Below, one piece after another: positions 10,301-22,919 of a DNA stretch of 64,000 nucleotides. The notes below the pieces were generated by a model. It searched no databases and was not told the DNA's origin. It was given only the letters and a program-made list of their open reading frames with translations. The stretch comes from Mizuhopecten yessoensis (Eukaryota): contig NW_018480048.1 of the NCBI RefSeq assembly GCF_002113885.1, positions 303,779-367,778 on the forward strand, in the 5' to 3' direction. Numbering within the stretch: the first letter of the stretch is position 1; every line of letters begins with the position of its first letter. The position numbers were made by a program, and so were the translations under genes.

Positions 10301-13300
10301 TTCTCTTTCTCCTGTTACATGTTAATGTATACATGTACCTTATTACTGCATAGAACACCAATCGATTTCATAATCTAGTTTTTTTGGATCAGCAACAAAA
10401 GAACTTAATGAAATAATTAGATATGTACTTCCTATATACATGTACAATATTTAATGTACTAGTAAATAAGGCTCGAGTTGTAAGGACTGCCTGAAAATGA
10501 TGTTTGGTATGTGTTTACTTTAATTAATTATAGCATCATTAATGATACAACTAGAAAACATATAAACTAAAAGTAATTGCTTTTGTGATGTAAGTTATAT
10601 GCATTCATGGCACTTTTCTGATTTTGATGAAAAAAATAACTTTCAGAGGACAGTTTCCAGGTGTAATAGGGAAAATATAGTCGTAAATTTTGCAAAATTG
10701 AATAGGAGAATCATCAGTCTTTGGTGGTGAAACTGTGTGTATACCTGGCTACTTTAGACGAGGAACATTTAGCTTGTACGGATTTTGATGGAACTTTATC
10801 AACAGATATACTTCCTGGTCGACCAGAGCATTATGTGGTACATATTCAGTATCTTTTTTATCACATTTGTCTCAAGATGGTTATGATGAAGTAAAGTTTA
10901 GATAATGTTACAAGATTTTTCGTTCATATTCATACTTATCAAGTTATCATACTATTGAAAATAGAAATGAGTAATTCAACAACACCATTGAATCAGGTAC
11001 AAAATCATGTGATACTTGATTTAGATCCTATGTGTGCTGACATTTTTCGGTCAAAGGGAGGCCGTCTTTAGAGCACAGTTTGCTTTATCATACTATTACA
11101 TGGGCAGATTTCTGCAATTTTCAAACAAAATTATTAAGGGGCCACCCGTTGTAAAGTTAAAAGAAGATAGAAAATAGAAGTGGTCAGTTTCAGTTTTGAG
11201 GACCCAGGACCATGCAGCCTCATGTTTTTCACACTGCTTGCACAACTTTAAACTTTATGGCCAATTTCGTTTGAGTATGTAGAATTTAGACATCTTGATA
11301 CAATACAATACAATATACAACATTTGATATAGCGCCCTATCTAGCTAACATAAGCCACTCTAAAGCGCTTTACAGTACATAGATATACAATTTTATACAG
11401 TCAATACAATTAGCATATATAATCAATACAATATTGAGGAATTCGCAGGAGCTGCTTAACCAGGCGCTAACTACTAGTCCTATGCCACCTGGCTAATATC
11501 TCCCTATGTGTGTATGTCTGTGTGTGTGCTGGAGATGTATTGTGTATTGATTACATGACGTAGGCTCTATTTTTGTCTGTACATATATTTTCTATGTACA
11601 TAGTTTGGTGTAGAGAAGACAGTAGAACAGATTACACTGTAACTACATATCTTGTCTTAAATAGTAAAATATCATGACGATTGCTTCTTTATAATTAGGT
11701 ACAGATGTAAATACTCTTATGTAAAACATCCTTAATAAAACACATGTATGTAGGTTAAACATATATTCAGTAATTTCTTTTAAGATGTTTAAGAATTCAA
11801 TTATATTTCCTTCAAAGAGTTAGCTTTAGCTTGTAAAAAAATTGATGATTTTTTAATTTGATGTTTTATTTTCAGGACTGGGCAAATGATTCTACAACGA
11901 GAGAGTCAATAGAGAGATCAGTGGCTTACGGCTATTACAGTAAGTTAGTTAATAGATATTGTACAGATACATAAAACATATCAGACAGTTATCAGGTATT
12001 ACCAGGTTAGCTTACGGCTGTTACAGTAAGTTTGTTATCAGATATTCTATAGGTATGTAATAAATATCAGACAGTGATCAGGTATTTGATATCATTTATT
12101 AATCTAAACACATGTTTCTGTTTATATTTTGGTATTACTGTTACTGTATAAGACTCAACATTAACACCAGTTACGGTTAACATTATTTTGGTATAACTGG
12201 CGCTACAGGTTTATAATTATGTTGATAACAATACTTTATTTCTCTGTTGAGCCTTGGCTTTGTGACAATTTTGATATTTCTGGGACTACAGGTTTATAAT
12301 TATGTTGATAACAATACTTTATTTCTCTGTTGAGCCTTGGCTTTGTGACAATTTTGATATTTCTGGCACTACAGTCTTATAATAATTTTCTTTACTATAT
12401 TTTTCTGTTGACGACGTTGTATGGCTTAGTGACGTTCTGTCTGTTTTGACAATTTTGATATTTCTGGCACTACAGTCTTATAATAATTTTCATTACTATG
12501 TTTCTGTGTTGACGGCGATGTATGGCTTAGTGACATTCTGTCTGTTTTGACAATTTTGATATTTCTGGCACTACAGTCTTGTAATAATTTTCTTTACTAT
12601 ATTTTTCTGTTGACGACGTTGTATGGCTTAGTGACGTTCTGTCTGTTTTGACAATTTTGATATTTCTGGCACTACAGGTTTATAATAATTTCCTTTACTA
12701 TATTTCTGTGTTGACGACATTGTATGGCTTAGGGACGTTCTGTCTGTTTTGACAATTTTGATATTTCTGGCACTACAGTATTATAATAATTTTCATTACT
12801 ATGTTTCTGTGTTGACGGTGTTGTATGGCTTAGTGACGTTCTGTCTGTTTTGACAATTTTGATATTTCTGGCACTACAGTCTTATAATAATTTTCATTAC
12901 TATGTTTCTGTCTTGACGGCGTTGTATGGCTTAGTGACGTTCTGTCTGTTTTGACAATTTTGATATTTCTGGCACTACAGTCTTATAATAATTTTCTTTA
13001 CTATATTTCTGTGTTGACGACATTGTATCACTATGGTTTGGTGACAATTCTGGCACTAAAGGCTTATTATGTCTTCCCTTTTGAATGGAGGGAGTCGACA
13101 TATTGTATTCTTCTGACATGATCTTGTCCGGGCCGTAACTTTTAAGCCATTCAAGATATCTTGATGAAACTTGAAGTAGACCTGCATCACCTTCATATGA
13201 TGTTCAGTGCACTGGCATTAGGTCATTGTAAAAGTCAAATATGATCAAATTTTTCTGGAACATCGTTTTTGGGCTGTTACTTTAAAACCATTAAAGATTT

Positions 13301-16300
13301 CTTGATGAAACTTGCAGTACAACTGCATCACCTACAGATGATGTGCAATGCAGTGTCATTAGGTTACTGTGGCCTTTACCTCAAGGTCAAATATCAGAAA
13401 AGTCAGAAATTGCTTCAAATATTTAAAGGTGTAGGCCAAGGTGATGCCAACCGTCCATCACTGTGTCTAATTTTGCTTTAGCTTACAGTATGCAAGAATA
13501 TGATGGCATTGTCAACTCTATCCAAGCATCATTTACGACTATGGGATCAGTTTTAAGGACTTCTGTAACATAGTCCCATTACAATTAGAACTTGTTCATA
13601 TATATGCATTTTATGATTAAGCAGTAGACAGTTCCTCTTATAACACGGTCAAATAAGGGCTAAGTTTAAGATATCCTGATAAAACTTACAGTATATCTGC
13701 ATCACCCACAGACAATTTTGATTGCTGTATTTCTCTGTTGACAGCGCTGTATGGCTTGGTGACGTTCTGCCTGTTTGTACTACTACCATTCATGTACTTC
13801 TTCTATGAGGAAAGGGATGAGGACACTTCAAACAAAACAGTGAGTATATCATCAAACATACATAACAGTACCCCTGTTTTTGTGCTCACCTGACATCATG
13901 TGATGTTATCAAACTTTCCTCAAAACAACTTCTACAAAACCATGAGGGTTAGAGTAATGATATTTCATGAGCTGTGGTTTCTAAAGAAGCATGCTAATTT
14001 CTCCAAAAGAATTATTTTGAACCACTTTTAAGGTCACAGGGACCATGTGTTGTAGCAAATTCAAATGACGTTTTCTACTGAGCCGCAAGGTCTAGAATTT
14101 ATATTTTGGATGTAGCTTCCATGATAGATGACTATTGATTTGTTTAAATATATGACCTCCACTTACATTCAAGACCACATAAGTCAGGTGTGTGTAATTT
14201 CTTTGATAATATGTGCGTTAATGCTTTGATTCAAACATCGTACTGACAAGTTGAGGTTTAATTTTCAAAGCTGTTGTTCAGCTTTGAAGTACACTGTCGT
14301 GTTCGTCATCATTGTGGCCGTGCTACTAATGATCGGGTAAGATACTTCAATTCTTTTATAGAAACGCTCATTGAATAGGTATCAAGGTAATATTTTATAA
14401 AGAATTGTTAATGTGAGAAATTCTTTTTACAATGAGTGCAGGACACTTTGTGGTGAAATGTATTTAATTCATGTCTCATTTATTAAAAATGTCTCAGATG
14501 TATTCATACCTGCCAACCCCGGATATACTGAAAGAGGGTGATGACCCTCTTTTGAAAATAAAAAAGAGGGTCATAGCGCACGACATCTTTTTTCGCAACA
14601 AATATAAGAAAAGTATATGTAGATATTAAATTAGAACTCTAATATTTTAATGATGTAAAAGGTACAGTATTTTATCAGGACAGACTTCATCCTCAATACT
14701 CTAGGGTTGCGCTCACTTTCCCTCCCTGCACCCAAGTAATATGTCATAACTAGATTGAAGGAACGTGGTTAGCTATTTGATTGGTCTCGGGTAAAAACAC
14801 CTGACCAATCACTAGGCAGATACATGTCCTTCGAAGATTACAGAGGAGCGACACCCGACTTCAAAGCCAGTCAATTTTCCTGTTTCATGGCCGCAAGATG
14901 CTTTTGATGTACCTTTTCTCATTCACAAGATGGAGAAACTGAGCCTTCAATTTTGTCATGTCATATTTCCAAGGGTGCAGAGAGTGTAAGTGAGCGTATC
15001 GAAGGTGGACAGGCTTAAAATATCAGTTCACCTAAAAATGATCAAGCTGTTTCTTTGAATCAGGTACTTGTTGTCAAGTGGATGAATCTGATGTCTTGTT
15101 TATGACAGCTCCTTTTGAAATCCAGTTGCATTTGTGTATCTCAACCTGGTAAAAAGACGAGCTGCTTCCTACCCACTCGGCTAGGGAGAATTTCTCTTTA
15201 GCCCATTCGGTAGAATGTGAGACTAGTAAACCAGAGGTCCCGGGTTTGACACCAAGCAAAGACATTGAACAAATAAAACCTCTGTTACATGTATTACAAC
15301 TGCATGTACCTGTGAGCGGTTAAAATTCTTGTTAACTTATTGACCCCTGAAGTTTCATAATGAGCTATTCCAACTTTTGAATTGGAAGGATTCAAGTGTG
15401 TCTTTAGGGGTGAATGAGTTAAGTGAAGTTTTAACATGATGTATTCTTAACGATTTCTAGAGCGTTTGTACCTACGAAGAATCTGCCAAACCCGAATGCT
15501 ACTGACTACCAGAAAATTAAAGACCTGTTCAGTGACCTCACCACAAATGGTGAGTACGACTGTTTTATTTAATAAACAATCTCTCGAATATCACTTTGTA
15601 TACACAAAGTTATTCTTGAATTTAGCATTCATTCCAGAAAACAAAATTTCAGGTCAAAGCCATTTTATGTCTGCATGCAAATGGCAAAGATTGACAGAGA
15701 CAAAACTAGGTTTACTATTAGAAAATCTATAGAACAGGTTTACTGATGTTTTCAAGTTTGTTCGATTGAGATCATGCTCATGTATTGATATAACAATAAA
15801 AGGAGTGATGGGCATATGATGAAAAGGAAATAGATTATGTCTTGATGTCAAAACTGCGGCTATGAATTAACAGGAGTCAAGATGAAGGATGACATAGGCA
15901 AGTTAGTTTTGATATTTAGTTGAAATATTTTCTTCTGAAAAAATGGCCAGAGATAGTGAGACTCCTTGCTAGATCATTGATATGTGTTGATGGTGAGTTA
16001 AAAACCTTTCATTATATCTTACTGTGTACTTCTGACAGATGGTGAAGATGCCCTATCCTTTGTCATCAGTATAATCAGTCTGCTGGGGATGTGTGCCCTC
16101 ATCACTTACACAGTAAGTCCTTGTATCTCTCCTCCATATGTACAGAAAGTCCTCATGACTCTCCTTATATACAATTTTTAAGAAAAGGCAAGTTTTTAGA
16201 TCTCATTATATGCACATTATTGTTTCTCCCCAAACCATTGTGTATCTTTTTCTTCAGTCCACTTTGGCAAGCTGAAGGTGATAAGGATCTGTGTATTTTG

Positions 16301-19300
16301 ACAGATGGCATATGCAACATTTTTATTTTGGTTGATGTATATAACTGTGTTTCGTAGCTTTCATCAATTTTGACAACATTATAAGATATTTGTGTTCTGT
16401 TTTATTTATCAATATTAGGCATATGGTATGTCGGCTATGCCAATGGGTCTAATTAAAGGTAGGAAAGGAGCGAAATCGGAGAAACTTTCCGTGCAGTCCG
16501 AGCGATCGACTGCTCAAGCCAGAATACAGTCCCTCAAAGATAAGGTAAGATTAATTAGTCTATTATAAACTTATTCACAACTGTCAACTTGTTTGTGTGG
16601 TTAACGTTTTGTTGTACGTTTATGTCCGGCTTTATATTATTTACGACAATGTCAATATGTAAATTTGGACAGTTGGAGCCATTAGGAGCTGACAACTGAC
16701 TGAGTTGCATGTAAAACTACGTATACCGGTACATTATTCCCAATGTCACAAATATTTCATAAAAATAACATGTTACCATGCATTTGACAGAGTTGCAGTT
16801 GTTCAAAATTTGAATGTTTGAAAATAGAAATAAAAAACAAGAAAACAAGTTAAATCACAAAAAAGCTGTTAAGTGTGTGAAGAACTCCTATTGTTATGTG
16901 ACAAGTATTAACCAATCAAATCTTTCAAATTCACAAAGTATGGAATAAATGACAGCATTGTTCTTTGTTATTTCAGTTAACCTTGTGAAAAGAACTTTCC
17001 AATATTTGTTTCAATGATAAAAATAATGTCAAAATTGTTTTGTTTCCATCTGAATTCTGAAATTCTCTAAAATCATAAAATTATTTTGAGATTCTTTTTA
17101 TGTATGAATAAACATGAATGTGATAGAAAATATACACATGTATGCTAATTTTTTCAATTATTTTTAATAAAATACTTAACCTGTATGCATTTAAAAGTAC
17201 CACCTGGTAGATCTCTAAGTTTTGTGTTCAACATGACAAAAATGTGGATGGCTTAATTTGGACAGAGCTTTTTCAACATCTGTTTGACTACATTTTTATT
17301 TTTTTTAAATTCTTAATTTTAAAAGTATTATTTTGGATATTTTAGAATATGTCGGTCAGTTAAAAAAATAGGTGATAAATACAGGTCCTGTTGGCCTATT
17401 TTTTCTCTTCCAGTATTCTAGCCGGTCAATGTCATCACGACGAAGGAATGACCTTTCTAACCTGGAAGAATCGGATCGTCTGATGGAGAGAAAAGAGAAG
17501 CACCTGGCTACTAACGAGGGGAGTATACTTCAGCGATGCCTGGTTGTCCTCCGCCCCTTCGAGGTTGTCTTTGGCGTCTTCTTCTTTCTCATCACGCTGC
17601 TCATCTTTGTCTCCCTGCTCCTGACAAAGTGAGTTGAGGATTGCATACATATTGTTCTATGGATAAATAAAATAGAAATTTAATAAATATTTTATGAAAC
17701 TAAATATTGTTACATTAGCTTTAAAGAAGAAAAAAAGAAGTTGATAAATTGTCTATCAATTAATTGGTCTGTCTATTAATTAATTGGTTTGTCAGTTAGT
17801 TGTTCTACCCAATGGTTTGTTGCCAGACAATATATGTACTGGTACATAGTTTGTCTTTCAAATGATAATTGTCTGTCAATAAATAAGTTTGTCTGGTATT
17901 TAAGTTATGCTATGAAACTGTCATTTCATCTACTTAGTGAAGTTGATTGCAAGGAAAATACATACACAGATCACACCAATAAATAGGTCAAAATCAAATT
18001 CCATCTCATATAAAAAAAAAAGTGAAATACTTATTTATAGGAATATTTTTTTTATTTTTCAACTGGTTATCTGGTCCACCAAGCTTACTTAGTGCTGTTG
18101 ATATGATATTTTGGTCCACGAACCTCACTTCATGATGTTATCATGATGTTTCAGCATAGACAAGGCCATGCACAGTCTGGGATACAAGTTTGGGTACGCC
18201 CTCCCCCACCGAACCCTTCCCAACCCTGTAGATATGGTACTCGTCTTCTGTCAGAAGGTAAGTCTGTTCACGTGAGTTTATTTCTCAGCTATTCCGGAAT
18301 TGATAGCTTCTTACAACACTGTTGAAGAATACAATAATGAAAATATTGCAGAAATATCAGTTTGATTCTTAAAATATCCTTCAGTTTGTTGATAAGTATT
18401 AACACCTAGGGTAGTTAAGAAAGACATTTTATTTCACATACACAATTTACAAGAAAGGTACAAGAATTTCTGACTTTACCAGAAAGCTATATCCCTGGAA
18501 ACATTCATACTAAACCACAGATAAAAGGCCAGATTTATCTTATGTTAACCTTCACATTAAACATTATCACTTTATATGTTTTAAGCTGTGTAGTTACTAT
18601 TTTGATCGATTTTCTCTCATTATGGAGGGAAAAAAGTGACTGTTTCTGGTGAATTGTGACATAGGTAATTTCAATGCGATTTGAACTTCGACATGGAAAT
18701 TTAAATGCAGAATATTGTTATCAATGGCTGTTAAATATAAACCACTGGGCTAAATTTCTTTCTTTTGATTGTTTTTCCAGGTGTTCCCACTGGACTACAT
18801 CATGTTCTCCCTGCTGGTGGTCTACCTCGTCTTCTGCTCCATGTCTGGTGTCCGCAACATCGGCATCTGGTTCTTTTGGCTCAAGGTAATTATATACGTG
18901 GTACTCAGTGGCTTCCCGTCGTCCATAGCTTCATATTTAATATTGCATCAAAGCATGAATAACAAGCGATACATGTCACCATGGTTAAACATTAGCTATT
19001 AACAGAATCTAGCTTTGACCCATTCTTTCAGCTAAACTTTATTTCTTTAAAACTTTTGATTGACAGAAATTTGATATTTTTTAGATGAGCTAAAGATGAG
19101 AGATATGGGATCATAACAAGGTTGATTCACTGAGGAAATGTTTCCTTCCAGAAGTCAAGTTAAATATAGGAAGATGTCATGTTTTGAAACTGTGCTTTAC
19201 TTTGAATTAAAAAACTTCAGTTTGAATTTCAAAATATAATTTTATATTGCCTAACTTACATGTAATAATAATCTCCAAATATTGGTGAGAGAGTTAATTA

Positions 19301-22207
19301 TCTTTGACATTGAATTCATTATCTTAGGTCCAATTAAACCAGTCAGTAATACAGACCTTAATTCTCCTGCTCCACTTAAGCCTGTTTCCTTGGTTACAGA
19401 TGTATAAGATCCGTCCACGGAGAACACGCCCCCAGGGGATACTGATGCTGTGTATGATCCTCATGTTCATCATGTCGGCCATCAACATCATCATCTACGA
19501 ACTCACGCCTCAGTACTCCAGCTTTGGTAGTCAGAGATACACAGTATGTATTATCACTTGAAACTCATATTTCAGCCATCTAGCCGTCAAAAGTAAATAA
19601 ATAACGAAAATGTAGGATTACGGGAACAATTTTGAATTGAAATAATCCAATCTGTGTATGTCATTAACTCACTGGATAATAGAACAAATAGATTAATAAA
19701 CAGGGGTGTACAGTTTCATTTCCTATTTATATTAAAGTACTAGCTTGCAGGGTTATTTTGATAAATTCTACCAGCCCACCTATGTTTTCAAAGTAAATAC
19801 TAAAAATTTCACTTGTCCTGACATGACTAGTCCCAAGCATAAAGCTAGTTACATTTTACACCCCTGTAAATATTGAGTTTATTCACTGCAGTAAATGCAC
19901 ACAAATAATAACATTGTATAAAAAATGTAAAACTAAATTCTTTGCAGATAAAAGACAACAGCACAAGTGATGGAAAGTTGGAGATCTGCTCCACAGATGC
20001 ACGTGAGTAGCTATACATTTCTATGGAAAGGCATTGTACCTTAAAAGTATGATTCAGATAAGAAAAGATCCCCGTAACATTAAGACTGTAGCAATGGATG
20101 AATCGTGATACCCGGTATATATCGATGGGTTCCATGCATGCGTCCATCTATCCCTGCACAAATCATTTCTAATGCATATTTCAAAAGATAGTTTATACCG
20201 CACTTGAGTCAATCAGAGGAAAAGAGGATCACCTTTCTAATTCCAAGAAATTAACAAATATGATCATTTTAGATCACAATTGCATTGAAATGTATATGTC
20301 ATAGCAAAAGCTCAGTGAGCGTCACCTTGTGGATGAGACAAGAAGACTAGTTTGATCCTTTGACGTACATCAAAAGATTGACTGTCTTTGAAGTTGGGTG
20401 TTGCTGGTCTAAAATCTTCAAAGGATAGGTATCAGCCTAGCGATTGGTCAGGTTTTTTGTACCCGAGACCAATCATGCCTTTGCTGTAACATACTCCAGG
20501 GGTGCAGAGAGCATAACCCTTGGAATATTGAGGATGTGTAAATCAAAACAAAAACATACTTACTACATTAAATTAGTTAAGGTTTATAAGTTTTTGAAAC
20601 ATTTAAAACAAAAAAACAAAACAATGACAATTTTGAGATGGAACCCAGATTAGTTTGCATAGTATATTTTTACAAGTAATAATTTTACACTTGTGAAATT
20701 TTAATTTTTAAAAACTTTGATGTTTAAAAACTACCCCAAAAATATGTTGTGGTAACAACTATGTAAACGGCATGCTGTGTATAATGATTATTCTTACTAC
20801 AGATGAATCCAACTGTGTAATCTCCCGGATGGCCCTGCTGCTCACTCGCTTCTTCTACAAGATGTGGTTCTTTGGAGCAGCCTATTATTGGACCACATGG
20901 GTGTTTCTTGGAGTAAGTATGTTATGTTCTTTGGAGCAGCCTATTATTTAGTCCGAATTATTCTGACGTTTTATCGACTTTTTTTATATCTGTCTGTCGT
21001 CAATAAACGTCAGAACTCCTGCCCTCTATAATATGCGGGAAATAAGCGACCCGCGCCCGGAGCACACTTCAAACTGTTATTTTAGAAACAAATCTTCACT
21101 TTCACACACATGTCGCACATGGATCGAAAGATCTATTCTTTATGCACAAGATGAACGTAAATTACATGCCTCAAACAACCAATACAATCACTAAAAACAC
21201 CTTTTTTCAAACTTACTCTGTTTTACTCTAGATTTTTGATAGACACGCCTTCTAATGCCACGTGACTAAAATCTCGCCGGCCTACGTCATAACTTTGGGA
21301 AATACCTACGGTAATGCGAGATCTCGTCAATTCATGTGACATTGCTCATGCCCTAATTTCCATTAAAAACATGGGTTGGTATAGAAAACGTTGGAAAATA
21401 TTGTTCCTAATGATCTTTGAAACATGTTTTTGATACCACCTAGTGCATAAAGAATAGATCTTTCGATCCATGTGTGACATGTGTGTGAAAGTGCAATTTG
21501 TTTCTAAAATATCAGTTGGAAGTGCGACCCCGGCGCGGTTCGCTAATTTCCCGCATATTATAAAGGGCCGGAGTTCTGACGTTAATCGACGACAGACCGA
21601 TACCAAAAAAAGTCGATAAAACGTCAGAATAATTCGGACTAACTTTTATTGGACAACATTGGTGTTTCTTGGAGTAAGTATGTAAGTTGTTTTTTTTGGG
21701 AAGACTTTAAGAAGAAGATGTGTGTTTTTGGGGTTTCATAGGGGAAGTTTGCTTATGGTTTTTTTCGCCAACGTTTCACTAATGCGTATGCGATGTGCAT
21801 ACTTGCCAACTCTCCCTATTTAGAAGGGAGACTGCCGATTTTAAACCCTTGAAGAGTTTTTTTTCAACCATTGAATATGCTAAACTATTCCTTCTAGGTA
21901 TATTTAAGATCTTATGATTTCACCTGAAAGAACAACTCAAACTATGTCATTTAAACGTGTAATTCTGTCTCCAGAGGGTAAATACACACAATTTATTCAT
22001 GTTGTAATTTTGAGCATGCAGAATCTCCTTTATTGATCTCTCAAAAAGTGTGTACGTATGTTTTATATAATTCTGTATTCTTATTGTTTACAGTTCATGT
22101 TGATTGGTTTCCTGGTCGCATTTATTAAGAAAAGGAAATCCGCCATCGATGGAGAAGTAGATGAAGACGATTTCGATGACAGTGATGAGGAGATGCTACG
22201 ACCATAA
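7327..22207 (+). CDS. LMBRD1: Lysosomal cobalamin transport escort protein LMBD1 (~532-538 aa)
   Basis: Exons: 7327-7386, 9876-10052, 11876-11939, 13745-13839, (14251 or 14269)-14336, 15461-15549, 16039-16112, 16419-16544, 17414-17628, 18155-18257, 18781-18885, 19400-19543, 19948-20002, 20803-20912, 22094-22207 (TAA). Motifs ALIPVDVFLVSYMKN, FFYEERDED, AYGMSAMP, VFPLDYI, GVRNIGIWFFW, YKIRPRRTRPQ and KMWFFGAAYYW match recalled human LMBRD1. Confidence 0.95.
7536..7941 (-). mobile_element. TRIM (miniature non-autonomous LTR retrotransposon) with tRNA-like LTRs
   Basis: Two ~156-bp direct repeats (7536-~7692, 7786-7941) with TG..CA ends and 4-bp TSD CAAA. On the minus strand, PBS-like TGGTGTCC lies 2 nt after the 5' LTR and PPT AAAAAGGGGGGAG precedes the 3' LTR. 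Each LTR contains A box TAGCTTAGTG and B box GGTTCGATCC. Confidence 0.9.
8143..9365 (-). mobile_element. 5'-truncated, frameshifted non-LTR retrotransposon (reverse transcriptase remnant)
   Basis: ORFs 9120-9380 (AILDFSKALDT, SGVPQDTVL) and 8362-9063 (WGMKFNAKKC, STLGFLRRNLK, YISLVRSILDY). FADDCLL precedes the second ORF; (AATGTA)n-like tail near 8143. Confidence 0.9.
10180..10319 (+). mobile_element. Solo LTR containing a tRNA-like cassette (related TRIM family)
   Basis: Begins tgtag, ends ctgttaca, flanked by TGTT on both sides. Internal gagttcaattggtaagagcg...gagttcgaaccc A/B boxes. Confidence 0.7.
11298..11545 (-). mobile_element. 5'-truncated copy of the SINE at 4603-5072
   Basis: Reverse complement of ~4845-5070, with a (TATTG)n tail. 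Confidence 0.8.
11924..12086 (+). repeat. 86-bp tandem duplication of the LMBRD1 exon-3 end and donor
   Basis: gcttacggct(a/g)ttacA|GTAAGTt...atatcagacagt(t/g)atcaggtatt at 11924 and 12010. Confidence 0.85.
12201..13060 (+). repeat. Intronic tandem array (2 x 83 bp, then ~7 x 101 bp) derived from the LMBRD1 exon-4 acceptor and exon start
   Basis: The 101-bp units start at 12367, 12468, 12569, 12670, 12771, 12872 and 12973. Each contains tgttgac-NN-cgttgtatggcttagtgacgttctgtctgttt, versus the real junction tgttgacAG|cgctgtatggcttggtgacgttctgcctgttt at 13737-13777. Confidence 0.9.
15139..15289 (+). mobile_element. Diverged solo LTR with tRNA-like cassette
   Basis: Ends ctgttaca and is flanked by TGTA on both sides. 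ctagggagaatttctctttagccc...ggtagaatgtgagactagtaa...gggtttgacacc aligns with the TRIM LTR core. Confidence 0.6.
20949..21641. mobile_element. ~690-bp MITE / non-autonomous DNA transposon with ~200-bp imperfect TIRs
   Basis: tagtccgaattattctgacgttttatcgactttttt ... aaaaaagtcgataaaacgtcagaataattcggacta. Inner arms 21100-21147 and 21443-21493 are also inverted. TSD not clean. Confidence 0.85.
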
Positions 22208-22919
22208 TTTTGAACAGGATGTGTTGCATATTGTGATATTTGTGTGTATTTGAAAAATATGTGCAGACAGCTTTTATTTATACTGGTGTTAAATAAATTT
22301 ATTAATAAGGAATAGAAATCATAATTCAAGCTTATTCCCAAGCTTTGTGGAGTGAAACTCTATACTTAAATCATGTAACTGCAAGGAACAATTTAACAGA
22401 TGTATCTGCCTTTTTTTTCTTTCAATACTTAACCACTCATATTAATGTACAGAGCATGACATACTATTTAATTGTAAAATTCAGTGTTTGTATGTATTAG
22501 AGTGAGTGAAAATAAAATTGGGTGTTTGAGTTGAGGGTACAAGAATGGGTGCAAAAATTACATTTAATATGTTGCATGTATTTTGTATTTAATTTAAGAA
22601 AGTAGGAAACTGTAAATAATCATAACTTGAAAATGTTGATATAACCAACTTTAAAATGTTAATATACTTGGTATACACAAGATTAAAAGAAAATAAAGTT
22701 ATTTGATTAAATCCATGTGTCTCTTGTTGAAAACCCCGTTTAATTTAGTAATTTTAGTGACACAGAACCAGGTCGTAGAAATGTTATGTATCACAACCAG
22801 TATGTGTTTATGTGTGACGTTTCGATGACTAGTACGGTACGTACCCCGTCACCTTCAGTACCAATACCAAAGTATTGGACAGAGAGAGCAATCTGTTAAA
22901 GCAGCAGATCAAGGAAACC

